A stretch of DNA of 64,000 nucleotides, taken from an uncultured Pseudomonadales bacterium (GTDB taxonomy: Bacteria > Pseudomonadota > Gammaproteobacteria > Pseudomonadales > Pseudohongiellaceae). The DNA lies in the NCBI GenBank assembly GCA_938091935.1, contig CALKNV010000035.1, positions 684 to 64,683 on the forward strand, in the 5' to 3' direction. A program made the position numbers and the translations under genes. Below are positions 9,022 to 19,299 of this stretch, one piece after another; position 1 is the first letter of the stretch; each line of letters opens with the position of its first letter. The notes below the pieces were generated by a model. The model had not been told where the DNA came from. It was given only the letters and a program-made list of their open reading frames with translations, and ran no database searches.

Positions 9022-10011
9022 CTACGCACTAATCGCGCGCTTCACCAGATTTTGCATTAATGGTACTTTGAAACCATTATGCGCCAGGGTGCGAGCACCC
9101 GCGGTGGCCATTTCTTTGACCGATTCAGCGGTCTCAGCCGACCTGGAGCTGCCGCGAATCGCGTTCTCCACGTCAGTTAAGCGGCGTGGTGTAGTCTGAA
9201 CGGCACCAACCACAATGCGAGAGTCCTGAATCTCACCGCCGCTGACCTTGAATGCAGCAGCCACGTTTACCAGTGAGAAATCCCACACGTTGCGATCCGC
9301 AACCTTCTCCCAGTAGAAGTCGGCATTGGCCCAGGTGGAAGGAATCCTGACAGCAGTCAGGATGTCACCGGGACGCAGGATAGTGGTGTTCTCAATGTCG
9401 TTGGCTGGTCCGACAAAGAAGTCCTGTGCCGAGACCACGCGCTCACCGCTCATATTCTGAATCACCATAGAGGCGTCCAGCGCCACCAGGGCTGGAGCAG
9501 TATCGGACGCACCGGCTGCAACACAGCGACTCTGGTCGAACAGCGCGTGTTCTCGGTTCATTCCTTGTGGCGTATCCGCATAACACAGGTTACCGCCGGC
9601 ACGATAGCAGGACAGGCCGCGGCGATAGTACCAGCAGCGTACATCCTGACTAACATTACCGCCCAGGGTTCCAATGTTGCGGATCTGCGGACTGGCCACC
9701 TTGCCGGCCGCATCCGCGAGCAGTGAAAAACTGCCGCGAACCAGGTCGCTGGAAGCGACTTCAGTTAAGGTAGTCAAAGCGCCGATTTCAATTCCGTCAG
9801 CGGTCTCGCGAATTCCACGCAGTGACTCAATAGCACTCAAATCGATAAGGGCGTCGGCGGACTTGGCGCGGTCTTTCAACCAGCCGTAAGTGTCCTGACC
9901 TCCGCCAACTAACCAACCTCTCTCGGCGAGGCGGTCAGCAATCGCAAGCGCATCTTCAACCTGTACCGGTTGGTACAGTTCCATATTTGGCATTACGTCA
10001 TGTGATGGCAT
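9022..10011 (-). CDS. xanthine dehydrogenase-family oxidoreductase, FAD-binding subunit (CoxM/PaoB-like)
   Basis: Contains LVGGGQDTYGWLK and IRNIGTLGGNV. It is the last gene of the S-L-M operon. Confidence 0.9.
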   Translation of the reverse strand: MPSHDVMPNMELYQPVQVEDALAIADRLAERGWLVGGGQDTYGWLKDRAKSADALIDLSAIESLRGIRETADGIEIGALTTLTEVASSDLVRGSFSLLADAAGKVASPQIRNIGTLGGNVSQDVRCWYYRRGLSCYRAGGNLCYADTPQGMNREHALFDQSRCVAAGASDTAPALVALDASMVIQNMSGERVVSAQDFFVGPANDIENTTILRPGDILTAVRIPSTWANADFYWEKVADRNVWDFSLVNVAAAFKVSGGEIQDSRIVVGAVQTTPRRLTDVENAIRGSSRSAETAESVKEMATAGARTLAHNGFKVPLMQNLVKRAISA

Positions 10012-10019
10012 AGTTCACC

Positions 10020-12464
10020 TCAGAAAGTATTAGTCTTTAAAGAACCGGCACCAGAGCTATAGCTATTGCCGGCCAGGTGATCGATGATCATGTCGGTCGT
10101 CACCGGTGCAGTGTTGAACAGATGTCCACCCAGCGCATCTCGCAACGCACTGGATAGTGCGGCAGCTGCTGCACCTTGGGTCGGTTCACCGATACCGCGC
10201 CCACCCGTCGGGTTTTGCGGATCAGGAATGTTCACACCCTGGGCAATGGTTTCAACCGGAACGTCCATATTGGTTGGTGGCTTACACTGATACAGACCCG
10301 TGTTTGCCGGTAGGCCATTCTGTGGATCGTAGACATGTTTCTCCAGACCCGATAGACCTACTCCCCAGACTGCGCCGCCACGCATGGCGTTTTCGAAGTT
10401 CTTGGGGTGGACTACCGTGCCGCAATCTGCAACTGACGTGTAGTCGATAATTTCGTACTTACCGGTATCAACATCCAGTTCGATTTCCATGAAGCCAATA
10501 ACGTTTCCCGGTGGTTGGCCCACGCCTGGGATATTGTCCTTGGCAACACCCACCAGACCTGAACCCGCCATGCCTTGCACCGCGATCTGAGTCAGTGGGT
10601 TGATGTCATCCGGATACTCCTCACCGCTAAACTTGCCACCCAGTTCCATGGCACGCTGTGCGGTTTCGCCGTAAGACATGCTTTTGCTGGGATCTTCGGA
10701 ATGGAAAACCCGCTCATTACCTATCTCATAGTCGTCCGCAGAACCGCCAAAATCATTCGCAGCGATTTCTTTCATCTTCTGAATGGCATCCTGGGCCGCA
10801 ACCCAGTTGGTACGGGTATGGGTGAAAATGGTATTGGAACCACCCTGTCCAGAGCTGTGCGGCAGGTAGCGGTCGGAGCGGCCCCTCACAATCTCACAAC
10901 GCTCCCAGGGAATCTGCAGTGCTTCAGCTGCCGCGCGACAGGTTCCTGCGTAGGAATAGGTGCCGAGATTACCGACGCCGCTGTGGATGTAGAGTTTGCC
11001 GTCAGTACCAATACGCAGCAGGCCGTCGTAGCCACGACCACCAGCACCATGGTAGCCCAGACCTACGCCGACACCGCGACGCTTGCTGCCACCCAGATCT
11101 TTGGGCTGGCTGACGCGTTCTGACCAGTTAAAGGCGCGTGCACCCTGGTCTAATGCTTCACGTACGAAGGCGCTGGTGACAGGTCCCTGACCGCCACCCT
11201 GAAAGCCATCGCTGTCCAGCACATTGACCTTGCGAAATGCGACCCTGTCCATGCCAACGGCATCAGCGAGCTTGTCAGTCATGGGTGCCAGGACTGCGGC
11301 CATTTCATTTTGGCCGGGTCCACGTTGGGCGCCGCGTGGCGTGGTATTGGTGTAAACAGAGATATGACGGAAACGCATATTATCTGGCTGATAGGCCACA
11401 GTGACATGCTGGGCAGAGGAGTTGCCGCTGCCGCCGCCAGTCATGCCGCCATCATTGACGATGATCAGGTCGACAGCGGAAACCTTGCCGTTTTCCTTCA
11501 CGCCAGTTTTGATCCAGCCCTGCATGCCGGAGCGAGCGGAGCCGATATAGAACTCTTGTTCGCGGGTAATACGCAACTGCACGGGTCGGTTAAGGACGCG
11601 GGAAAAGTTGCCGGTAATGGACATGTAAGGGTAAGGACCAATCTTCGAACCAAAGCCGCCACCGGTGGCTTCGTTAATGAATACCAGGTCTTCCAGTGAG
11701 ATGTTCAGCATCCGCGCAAGTCCAGCATTGTTGGCGCTCTGGCTCTGGGATGAACCATGGAAATAGCATTTGCCATTTTCCCAATAGGCCATACAGGTGC
11801 GGGCTTCTAAGGAGTGGTGCGGATAGCCCATGGTGACGAATGGTTCTTCGATGATGTGAGCAGCTTCAGCGAAGCCTGCCTCAATATCACCGAAAGCCCA
11901 CTCGTTGGTGAACTCCGCGCCCTCAGGTTCGCGACCCGCACGAAAGGCATCGATAGCGCTCTGTGGCCATTTGATACTCTTAATCTGCGCGCCCCTGATG
12001 GGTGTGCCTTCAGGACCTTCTTCCTCAGTACGAACCAGTGCATTACCATCAGGGTAGGCGTTAGGACCGTTCGGAGATAGGCTTTCCAGTGGATCTACCA
12101 CGAATTCGCGACGTTCCAAATCAACGCGGATGCGATCCAGTGCAGTTTCGGCAATTTCTTCTGAAGTTGCGGCCACTGCGAGGATCGGTTGACCCACGTA
12201 CGTGATGTAATCGGAAGCCAGCGCCGGGTTGGCGGGTGGCGCGACTGGGGGCAGGTCGTCGGCAGTGAAAATGCCAACCACGCCGTCCATGCGCAATGCT
12301 TCTGATGCATCGATGTTAACAACCCGACCTGATGGCATTGGGCTGGTGAGCAACCGGGCAAATACCATGCCCTCGGCCTTGTAGTCTTCCGCGTATTTGA
12401 TTTCACCCGTGACCTTGCCCGGCACACAGGGAGGCATAAAATCTTTTCCTATATGTGTACTCAT
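10020..12464 (-). CDS. xanthine dehydrogenase-family oxidoreductase, molybdopterin-binding large subunit (CoxL/PaoC-like)
   Basis: 814 aa with GGGFGSK, QRGPGQN and GIGEPTQGAAAAAL. It shares an ATGA overlap with the upstream 2Fe-2S gene. Confidence 0.9.
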   Translation of the reverse strand: MSTHIGKDFMPPCVPGKVTGEIKYAEDYKAEGMVFARLLTSPMPSGRVVNIDASEALRMDGVVGIFTADDLPPVAPPANPALASDYITYVGQPILAVAATSEEIAETALDRIRVDLERREFVVDPLESLSPNGPNAYPDGNALVRTEEEGPEGTPIRGAQIKSIKWPQSAIDAFRAGREPEGAEFTNEWAFGDIEAGFAEAAHIIEEPFVTMGYPHHSLEARTCMAYWENGKCYFHGSSQSQSANNAGLARMLNISLEDLVFINEATGGGFGSKIGPYPYMSITGNFSRVLNRPVQLRITREQEFYIGSARSGMQGWIKTGVKENGKVSAVDLIIVNDGGMTGGGSGNSSAQHVTVAYQPDNMRFRHISVYTNTTPRGAQRGPGQNEMAAVLAPMTDKLADAVGMDRVAFRKVNVLDSDGFQGGGQGPVTSAFVREALDQGARAFNWSERVSQPKDLGGSKRRGVGVGLGYHGAGGRGYDGLLRIGTDGKLYIHSGVGNLGTYSYAGTCRAAAEALQIPWERCEIVRGRSDRYLPHSSGQGGSNTIFTHTRTNWVAAQDAIQKMKEIAANDFGGSADDYEIGNERVFHSEDPSKSMSYGETAQRAMELGGKFSGEEYPDDINPLTQIAVQGMAGSGLVGVAKDNIPGVGQPPGNVIGFMEIELDVDTGKYEIIDYTSVADCGTVVHPKNFENAMRGGAVWGVGLSGLEKHVYDPQNGLPANTGLYQCKPPTNMDVPVETIAQGVNIPDPQNPTGGRGIGEPTQGAAAAALSSALRDALGGHLFNTAPVTTDMIIDHLAGNSYSSGAGSLKTNTF

Positions 12465-13045
12465 GCTATTTGCCCCGAGGCGCGTAACACGCCATTAATA
12501 TAGTGTTCATAGGCACCGCAGCGGCACAGATTTCCTGACAAACCGGCGCGAACTTCTTCACGGGTAGGTCGTGGGTTGCTGTTCAGCAGGGCGACTGCTG
12601 ACATCACCTGACCTGGCGTGCAGAATCCGCACTGCGGCGAATTCTCATCAATGAATGCTTGCTGTACTGCATGCAGAGTGCCATCTGCAGACTTGATGCC
12701 TTCGATGGAAACAACTGCCTTGTCCTTGACGTTATGGGTCAGAACCGAGCAGGCATAGTTGGGAACACCGTCGATTAACACTGTGCAGGCGCCACATTCA
12801 CCACGGTTGCAACCAATCTTGGTTCCGGTGAGATCCAGTTTGTAGCGCAAGGTGTAGGCAAGTGTTTCCGAGGGCATGACATCCACCGGTCGACTGCGGC
12901 CGTTGATGTTCAGCGCTATCAAGCGTTCGGCGGCTCCAGCCCCCGATTGGGCATTGGCGAGGTAGACTCCGGCACCGGTTGTAGCGGCAGCACCGGAGAA
13001 AATTACCCCCTTGATAAAACGTCTGCGTGTGAGTTTGGAATTCAC
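12461..13045 (-). CDS. (2Fe-2S)-binding small subunit with twin-arginine signal (CoxS/PaoA-like)
   Basis: Tat motif TRRRFIKG. Cluster ligands are CNRGECGACTV, CGFCTPG and LCRCGAY. Confidence 0.9.
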   Translation of the reverse strand: MNSKLTRRRFIKGVIFSGAAATTGAGVYLANAQSGAGAAERLIALNINGRSRPVDVMPSETLAYTLRYKLDLTGTKIGCNRGECGACTVLIDGVPNYACSVLTHNVKDKAVVSIEGIKSADGTLHAVQQAFIDENSPQCGFCTPGQVMSAVALLNSNPRPTREEVRAGLSGNLCRCGAYEHYINGVLRASGQIA

Positions 13046-13340
13046 TGGCTTAGCTCCGTTTTTAAGTTGAGTAAATACATACAGTTAGCAGGGCTGTTGT
13101 ATGCTTGTTTTTATAAGATTTACTGCGCATATAGCTTCCCCTGAGGCTAGACTTTTTCCTCCTTAAAAGCAATATGACCGCAGCGCGCGGAACCTCTGCA
13201 GAGCCCGAAAAACCTGGGCTTTACCGCTGTTGCGAGTAAAAAATCACATACTGTCACAAAAAGCCCCCACTTGGCGCGGGGATTGAGCCTACCAGACCCT
13301 GTCAGGAAACACAGGAAATTGACTGGATTTATTAGTCGCT

Positions 13341-15020
13341 TTGCACTCAGAATCCGCTGCTAGTGCTATCAGTCATGCAGCGGAGTGCAGAATTTCAGTG
13401 ATCCAGACAAACAACTCAAACAAAGTCATCACGGTGCTATGCGCCGCAACGAGCCTGTGCTGCTCGGCAGTCCTGCAGGCGCAGACCTTCACCGAAGCCA
13501 TGATCACCATTGCCGAGCGCACGAACTATGAGCGTACTTCAAGCTTCCAGGAAGTAGTAGACGTGATCGATGCCCTGGACCGGGAGTCCGAATTCATGCA
13601 CAGGGAAAGACTGCTGCTCACCCGGGAGGGTCGCGATGTGCCTATCGTGGTGCTGGCGAATCCTTTGGTGAGCAGTCCCGAAGCAGCAGCAGCGTCCGGC
13701 AAACCCGTCATCTACATCCAGGGCAATATCCACGGCGGGGAAGTGGAGGGTAAGGAAGCGTCGCTGATTGCCATGCGTGACATTCTCTTTGGTGACAAGC
13801 AGCATTTGCTGGACAATCAAATACTGGTTTTTGTGCCGATCTACAATGCCGACGGCAATGACGCCATGGCGGAGAACTCCAGGCCCAATCAAGAGTTGAG
13901 CCCGGTCATGGCGGGAATACGCACGGCCCATGGTTATGACTTAAATCGCGATGGCATGATCATGGAGGCAGATGAAACCCGGGCGCTTTACAGCAATGTG
14001 ATCCAGCGCTGGGACCCGGACTTGCTTGTTGATCTACACACAACAAATGGCACCTGGCATGGTAATGCTCTCACCTACGCTCCCTCCTACCATACTGCTG
14101 GCGATGCGAGTACTTCAGATTACACCAGTGACGTCATGCTCCCCGCGATCAAGCAATCGGTTAAGCAAAAGTTCAATCTGGATTTCGACTGGTATGGCGG
14201 TTACAACTATCGGGATTGGCCGCCAACCGAGCTACGTACTTACCATCACGCACCACGCTATATCACCAACCATATGGCACTGCGAAATCGCATGGCGATT
14301 CTCAGCGAAACTTTTTCCCATGACCGCTTCTACAAGCGCGTGCACGCCGCCAACGCCTTCATTGAAGAGATTCTCGAATACACCCACCAACATGGCGCGG
14401 AAATACAGCGCATCAACGCCGAAGCCGACGCCCGCGTGGCCGAGTCAAGTATAGGGCAGGAAAAGGGCGTGCAGTTCTCCATGGTGCCGCTCGATGAACC
14501 GCTGGACTTGCTTACCTATAGCTATATCCCTTACCAGAAGGCTGATGGCTCAACTGACTTCGTGCGCAGCTCTGAACTTCTCACCATCGAGGGTGTCGCT
14601 AACTACAATGCTTTCGAAGCAACGAAGACGGCGACGGTGCCAAGTGCCTATATTTTCAGTGCCGCGCTCGCAGGTCTTGCGGAGAAACTCGAAGGCCACG
14701 GCATCTGGGTAGAAGTTCTCGAAGCAGACGCGACCTTCAGTGGTGAACAGTTTGTTATCAATGAAATAGGCAAACAAAGCTACGTGCAAAACGGTCATAC
14801 CAATAGTCTGCTTCGTGGTGAGTTAATTGAAACCACAAAGACATTTTCTCGCGGTGACTATGTGGTCTCGATGAATGACCGGCTGGCGAACTTGATCTTT
14901 TACTTGTTGGAGCCAGAGTCAGATGATGGTCTGGCTTATTGGAATTTGTTTGATGAGTATTTAGAGGGGCAGTTACAAAATTCAGACACAGCAGAATATC
15001 CAGTCTTCAAGGCGAAGTAA
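13341..15020 (+). CDS. M14-family zinc metallocarboxypeptidase, secreted
   Basis: HxxE zinc motif in IQGNIHGGEVEGKEA, plus NADGND and DLHT. The signal peptide is VLCAATSLCCSAVLQAQ. The true start may be an internal GTG near 13399. Confidence 0.85.
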   Translation: MHSESAASAISHAAECRISVIQTNNSNKVITVLCAATSLCCSAVLQAQTFTEAMITIAERTNYERTSSFQEVVDVIDALDRESEFMHRERLLLTREGRDVPIVVLANPLVSSPEAAAASGKPVIYIQGNIHGGEVEGKEASLIAMRDILFGDKQHLLDNQILVFVPIYNADGNDAMAENSRPNQELSPVMAGIRTAHGYDLNRDGMIMEADETRALYSNVIQRWDPDLLVDLHTTNGTWHGNALTYAPSYHTAGDASTSDYTSDVMLPAIKQSVKQKFNLDFDWYGGYNYRDWPPTELRTYHHAPRYITNHMALRNRMAILSETFSHDRFYKRVHAANAFIEEILEYTHQHGAEIQRINAEADARVAESSIGQEKGVQFSMVPLDEPLDLLTYSYIPYQKADGSTDFVRSSELLTIEGVANYNAFEATKTATVPSAYIFSAALAGLAEKLEGHGIWVEVLEADATFSGEQFVINEIGKQSYVQNGHTNSLLRGELIETTKTFSRGDYVVSMNDRLANLIFYLLEPESDDGLAYWNLFDEYLEGQLQNSDTAEYPVFKAK

Positions 15021-15054
15021 TTGCGTAGATGGCGTGCTAAGCAATGTCGCACAG

Positions 15055-15118
15055 CTGGACACGCCGTGAACCCATCCCTGGGGGCTCGGTTGCGGCATCC
15101 ATGCCGCAAACGGTCCTG
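15055..15118. repeat. REP-like imperfect palindromic repeat, copy A
   Basis: ctggacacgccgtgaacccatccctgggggctcggTTGCGGCAtccaTGCCGCAAacggtcctg. It matches the reverse complement of copy B with about 6 substitutions plus 1 indel over 65 nt (manual alignment). Confidence 0.85.
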
Positions 15119-15441
15119 CGGCGCGACACAGCTTCGCACGCTGCAACTTCACTGCTGAATTTAGATGAGCAATTGTTGAGTGTGATTTTGGGCGCTCAAT
15201 CCCAATCAGTATTGTGAGCCTGCTTATCCCGCCCCCCATCAACTATGCGACTGATAGCGGTCCTAACCAAAATTTTGCTCGTAACCTGCTCTTTGGATGC
15301 TCCACACTTGTGAAAATGGCGTTTAGTCTTCTTTGAGTCAGTACTTAATTTGCAGAGGTCTGATGTTAAGGCAGCAACTATTTGTGCTAGTTGCTGGAGT
15401 TCTATTTGAGGGGTCTCGCGGGATAATTAAAGCGAGTGCTT

Positions 15442-15532
15442 TAGCAAAGACATTCAGGACCGTGTGCGGCAGGGATGCCGCACCCGAGCCCCCCATGGAT
15501 GGGTTTACGGCGTGTCCAGAATGTCTTTGCTA
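15442..15532. repeat. REP-like repeat, copy B (inverted relative to A), bounded by 14-bp perfect inverted repeats
   Basis: TAGCAAAGACATTC ... GAATGTCTTTGCTA flank the 65-nt core at 15455-15519. Confidence 0.85.
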
Positions 15533-15584
15533 CAGCGCGCCGCCACTCAATTCCAGCGAAAGTTGTCCATTAAACAGAGTGAAA

Positions 15585-15623
15585 TAAAAAAGGCCCGGCT
15601 ATCAAAACATAACCGGGCCTTTT
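15585..15623 (-). terminator. rho-independent terminator of the TonB-dependent receptor gene
   Basis: On the minus strand: AGGCCCGG-loop-CCGGGCCT followed by TTTTTTATTT, about 20 nt after the stop. Confidence 0.75.
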
Positions 15624-15644
15624 AGTTTCCAGCTTTCAGTCGAA

Positions 15645-18600
15645 TTAGAATTCGAACTGAATGCCCATGCGGATCTCGTACAGAGTCGCGTTTTCACGCA
15701 GATCAGTCAGGCTACGGTTGCGGAAGTCCTCAAACACGTAGCGGTTCTGGCTGTCCAGAGACGCGGTAACAACCTGCTGGTTGAAGAAAAAGCCATCGGA
15801 CTGACGTCCCCAGCTGTCGTTCAGCATGTTCAGCACATTGTAGATCTTCAGGTAGGCGCGAGCCTGGGTGCCAAAGAACAATGGCAGCTCCTGGTCGATA
15901 CGGAAGTCGACCCGTGTGGACCAGTCGGAGAAGTTCTGGTTACGTGGAACGAAACCACCAGCAAACTGCTCGTAGCCGTTGTCCTGAACAAAGCGTGCCC
16001 AGCCATCGACGTCGAAGCCAGGAGCGATTACGACATTGGGGTCGTTCAGACCTGGCACATAGAGCTGGTGACGGCCGAAGAAACCATCGCCTTCCAGATC
16101 GCCTGAGCTCATGACGTGGCTCGCAGGCTGACCTTGCTTACGATACATAAACATCGTGAAGCGGGTTTCGTTGCCTGGGATGAACTCATGTCCGTAGCTA
16201 ATACGGCCGGTGAAACGATGTGGTGACACGTAGTTAGACGTCGCGGCCATCGGGTCTATCAGCGTGGTCAGTGCCAGGTTGCTGAAATTGGAGCCTGCTA
16301 CTGAAGACGTCATTGGGCTGACATCGGTTTGGTCTGTGTAGGCATAACCGAAGTTCCAATCCAGTCCCCAATCGTAGCTGTGTCTAGCAACCAGTGAGAA
16401 AGCCACACCTTCACCTTCGGTCTGGGCATTGGTCAACATGAAGTTGTCTTCGCCGCGCACGAAATCAAAAATAGGTGCACCAGCCGCAGTGGTTCCAACT
16501 TGGTCCTGAGCCAAATCCTCATAATACGCAGGATTGTCCTGGCGCGAGTAAATCAAGTCGGCATCAACAGTCAGGCCGCTATTGAAAGCGTAGGTTGCAC
16601 CCAGCGAGTACTTCCATTCGGAAGGCTGCTCGTAGCTGGGATCGATGATCACCAGACCTTCGTTGGCCGCATTGGCTGCGGAGGTTGCAGCAACCTGGTC
16701 AACCAGAGACTGAGGTACGTCGTAACCTGGACGCCCAGCGCCGCTTAGAGCTACGTCTGTAAACACAGACTGCGCACCGCTGAAGTTGCGATACTGCAGC
16801 TGTACGTTAGAGATGCCGTCGTTACTCCAGGCGTTGGTTACCCAAACGTTGGGGTTACCACCTGAATAGAGGCCGACACCACCACGAACAGTCAGGTTGT
16901 AGTTGGCTTCCCAGGTAAAACCAAGGCGGGGCATCCACAGATCAACGCCATCGAGATTGGCATCATTGCGCACGCCCGTCAGGGTGGTAAACGCCTGGTT
17001 GAACTGCGGGCGGTCATCCATGCTCATGCGCTCATAGCGTAGGCCGCCTACCAGTGTCAGGTTGTAATCTGGAATGAACCACTCGTCTTGCAGATAGAAC
17101 ATGTCCACGTTGTTGCGGAACTTTGCTGCAGCATCGGCTGGGTCATTGGTGCCACCACCGCTACCGTAGTAGACGCGGCTTGGGCGGCCCAGAAGAAAGC
17201 GGTCAATACCGGACAGGCTACAAGTCGGATCATCGAAGCGGCCCTGGGCATCGAGTGCCGAACAGGCCGCAGGGTTACCCAATGAATCATCGAAGTAGTC
17301 CCATTCGCCGCCATTGGAGTGCTGCACGAACTGGTTGAATACGTCCAGTTCATCACGCTCGTAGCCGAAAGTTACGATGTGATCGCCAACCAGGTACTCG
17401 CCGAGCAAACGCACGTAAGTAGATTCCCAGTTCAGGGCATTGGCCTGGCGAGAGTCATCGGCACCAAGGTAGACCACGTTGTTGCGACCATTGACGCTGA
17501 TCTGGTGATCGCCCACATCTTTAGGGCCCACAGTCACCTGGGAATCAACCATCTCGTTGGTGTTGTAGAAAATGTCGGTGGAGAAAGCATCAGTCCATTG
17601 CGACTTCAACTTGACGGTCAGGGTCTCGAGATCCGCGCCCTTCTTATAGAAGTGGTTGGCAAATTCAAATTCATTCTGGTCACCGTCTGAAGCACGGTCT
17701 TCGATGCCTTCGTACTGGTTGTAGATAAGTGAAGCCGTGTGGCGCTCGCTGATGTTCCAGTCCAGGCGGCCCATCCAGCTTTCAGCAGTCTGCTGGCCGT
17801 CGGTTGGTGCGCCACCGGTATCGATGTTATAGAGATTGCGAGCTGCGTTGTCGATCAGGTTGAACGTATCCAGATCCAACCAGTCGCGCTCCACGCCGCT
17901 ACCAGAACCGGCGACACCCTGTCCGATGAACTCGGGCTGCTCGGACTCTTCATACGCGGTAAAGAAGAACAACTTGTCCTTGATGATGGGGCCGCCGATG
18001 CTGAAACCCTTGTACTCTTCTTCATAGTCCGGAGTTGAAAACATCTGTTGAGAACCGTCACGACGCTCGATTGAATCGCCGCGCAGGCTGTCATTGGTGA
18101 ACTCATAGAAGACGTTTCCTGACCACTCGTTGGTACCGGAACGGGTTACCGCGTTGATGTTACAAGCACTGAAGCCGCCGTAGGTCACATCGAAGGGCGC
18201 CAGCTCAGCAGAAACCTGCGCGACCGCCGCGTACGGAAATGGCATCCCAGTTGCGGTGGCGTAACCGTTGCTGTTGAGACCGAAGCGGTCGTTCTGGGCC
18301 ACACCATCCAGCATTACTGAATTAAAGCGTGGATGCTTTCCGATACAGTTGGTCTGGGAGTCGCGGGCATCACCGTCGAGGTTGAAGCGCGGGTCAAGAG
18401 AATACACATCGCGGATGTCACGGTTGTAGGCAACCGCTGTCTCCAGGTCAAAGGTGCCGAAAGTGGCTGATGGACCGGCTGCAATATCTACCAGGGTATT
18501 GGCTTCCCCGAATACGATGATCTCTTCGATCTCGCTGGGCGCACCCATGTCAACCGTGAGATTGTAGATATCACCCAATTGTATTGAGTTGATCGTGACC

Positions 18601-18875
18601 GTCTTCGAGTTGTTGATGGTAACGACATAGGGACCGCCAACCGGCAGGTTAGTGGCATAGAAAGTACCGGTGTTGTTGGATTCCAGCGTACGGGTAGCGC
18701 CGGTTCTGGAGTCCTGAACAACAACCGTGGCATTCGCCAGGGGGTTGCCGGCAGCGTCTACGAGACGCCCGCGGATTCCGGATGAGGTGTCCTGTGCTGC
18801 CAACTCACCGGTAAATCCGATGGCTGCCAGAACAGAGGCACACAGCAGTTTCTTTGCACCATGTGGATAGCGCAT
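15645..18875 (-). CDS. TonB-dependent outer-membrane receptor with N-terminal carboxypeptidase-regulatory-like domain (Oar-like)
   Basis: 1076 aa with a signal peptide. The CarbopepD_reg-like N-terminus reads GIRGRLVDAAGNPLANATVVV. Beta-barrel repeats follow, and the protein ends in a C-terminal Phe (GIQFEF). Confidence 0.9.
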   Translation of the reverse strand: MRYPHGAKKLLCASVLAAIGFTGELAAQDTSSGIRGRLVDAAGNPLANATVVVQDSRTGATRTLESNNTGTFYATNLPVGGPYVVTINNSKTVTINSIQLGDIYNLTVDMGAPSEIEEIIVFGEANTLVDIAAGPSATFGTFDLETAVAYNRDIRDVYSLDPRFNLDGDARDSQTNCIGKHPRFNSVMLDGVAQNDRFGLNSNGYATATGMPFPYAAVAQVSAELAPFDVTYGGFSACNINAVTRSGTNEWSGNVFYEFTNDSLRGDSIERRDGSQQMFSTPDYEEEYKGFSIGGPIIKDKLFFFTAYEESEQPEFIGQGVAGSGSGVERDWLDLDTFNLIDNAARNLYNIDTGGAPTDGQQTAESWMGRLDWNISERHTASLIYNQYEGIEDRASDGDQNEFEFANHFYKKGADLETLTVKLKSQWTDAFSTDIFYNTNEMVDSQVTVGPKDVGDHQISVNGRNNVVYLGADDSRQANALNWESTYVRLLGEYLVGDHIVTFGYERDELDVFNQFVQHSNGGEWDYFDDSLGNPAACSALDAQGRFDDPTCSLSGIDRFLLGRPSRVYYGSGGGTNDPADAAAKFRNNVDMFYLQDEWFIPDYNLTLVGGLRYERMSMDDRPQFNQAFTTLTGVRNDANLDGVDLWMPRLGFTWEANYNLTVRGGVGLYSGGNPNVWVTNAWSNDGISNVQLQYRNFSGAQSVFTDVALSGAGRPGYDVPQSLVDQVAATSAANAANEGLVIIDPSYEQPSEWKYSLGATYAFNSGLTVDADLIYSRQDNPAYYEDLAQDQVGTTAAGAPIFDFVRGEDNFMLTNAQTEGEGVAFSLVARHSYDWGLDWNFGYAYTDQTDVSPMTSSVAGSNFSNLALTTLIDPMAATSNYVSPHRFTGRISYGHEFIPGNETRFTMFMYRKQGQPASHVMSSGDLEGDGFFGRHQLYVPGLNDPNVVIAPGFDVDGWARFVQDNGYEQFAGGFVPRNQNFSDWSTRVDFRIDQELPLFFGTQARAYLKIYNVLNMLNDSWGRQSDGFFFNQQVVTASLDSQNRYVFEDFRNRSLTDLRENATLYEIRMGIQFEF

Positions 18876-19299
18876 GTGCTCCTCCTGATAGAAGTATATA
18901 AGTATGAGTGTAGTGTCTGTTAGAACCGCGGCTCTCGATTGCTTTGAAACGCTTCCCTGCGCCCGCTACGGCTGGTTTTTTCAGGCCGATATCTTATCGG
19001 ACTTGTGATTGCATTTTTATTACAGCAGCAGAGTTTTTTCGGAAATATCCGACCGAGAAGCTGAGGCAAAATCTGGCTTTCGGACCTTGTGTTAATTCCC
19101 TGAGCAGACCCCATCTGCGCAACCGTTGTAATAATTTTGTCACACCGGCAGCAGCACCCCAAGCGTTTTTTTGTTATGAAGAAAAATAGTATGAGACAAC
19201 CCCTCAGGCTTGCTCCTTGAGAGTCTCGAGCTGCCGAATAATTGATCAGAGAGGCGATCATCGGTGGCAACCCGCTTGTGATTGTGAAAAGGCTAACGC

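Noticed and set aside
8435-9199. ORFs 8435..8746 (-), 8752..8952 (+) and 8846..9199 (+)
   Set aside because: They show no homology-like motifs or SD sites. The last two run through the terminator hairpin and into the antisense of the FAD-subunit gene.
13046-13340. Moco riboswitch upstream of the molybdoenzyme (XDH-family) operon
   Set aside because: Only generic hairpins are present. The conserved Moco-motif elements are not recognisable.
18876-19299. Cobalamin riboswitch or Fur box upstream of the TonB-dependent receptor
   Set aside because: The leader contains AGGGAA and GCCACC strings, but they are in the wrong order and lack the B12-box context. GAATAATTGATCAG is only a poor partial match to the Fur consensus.
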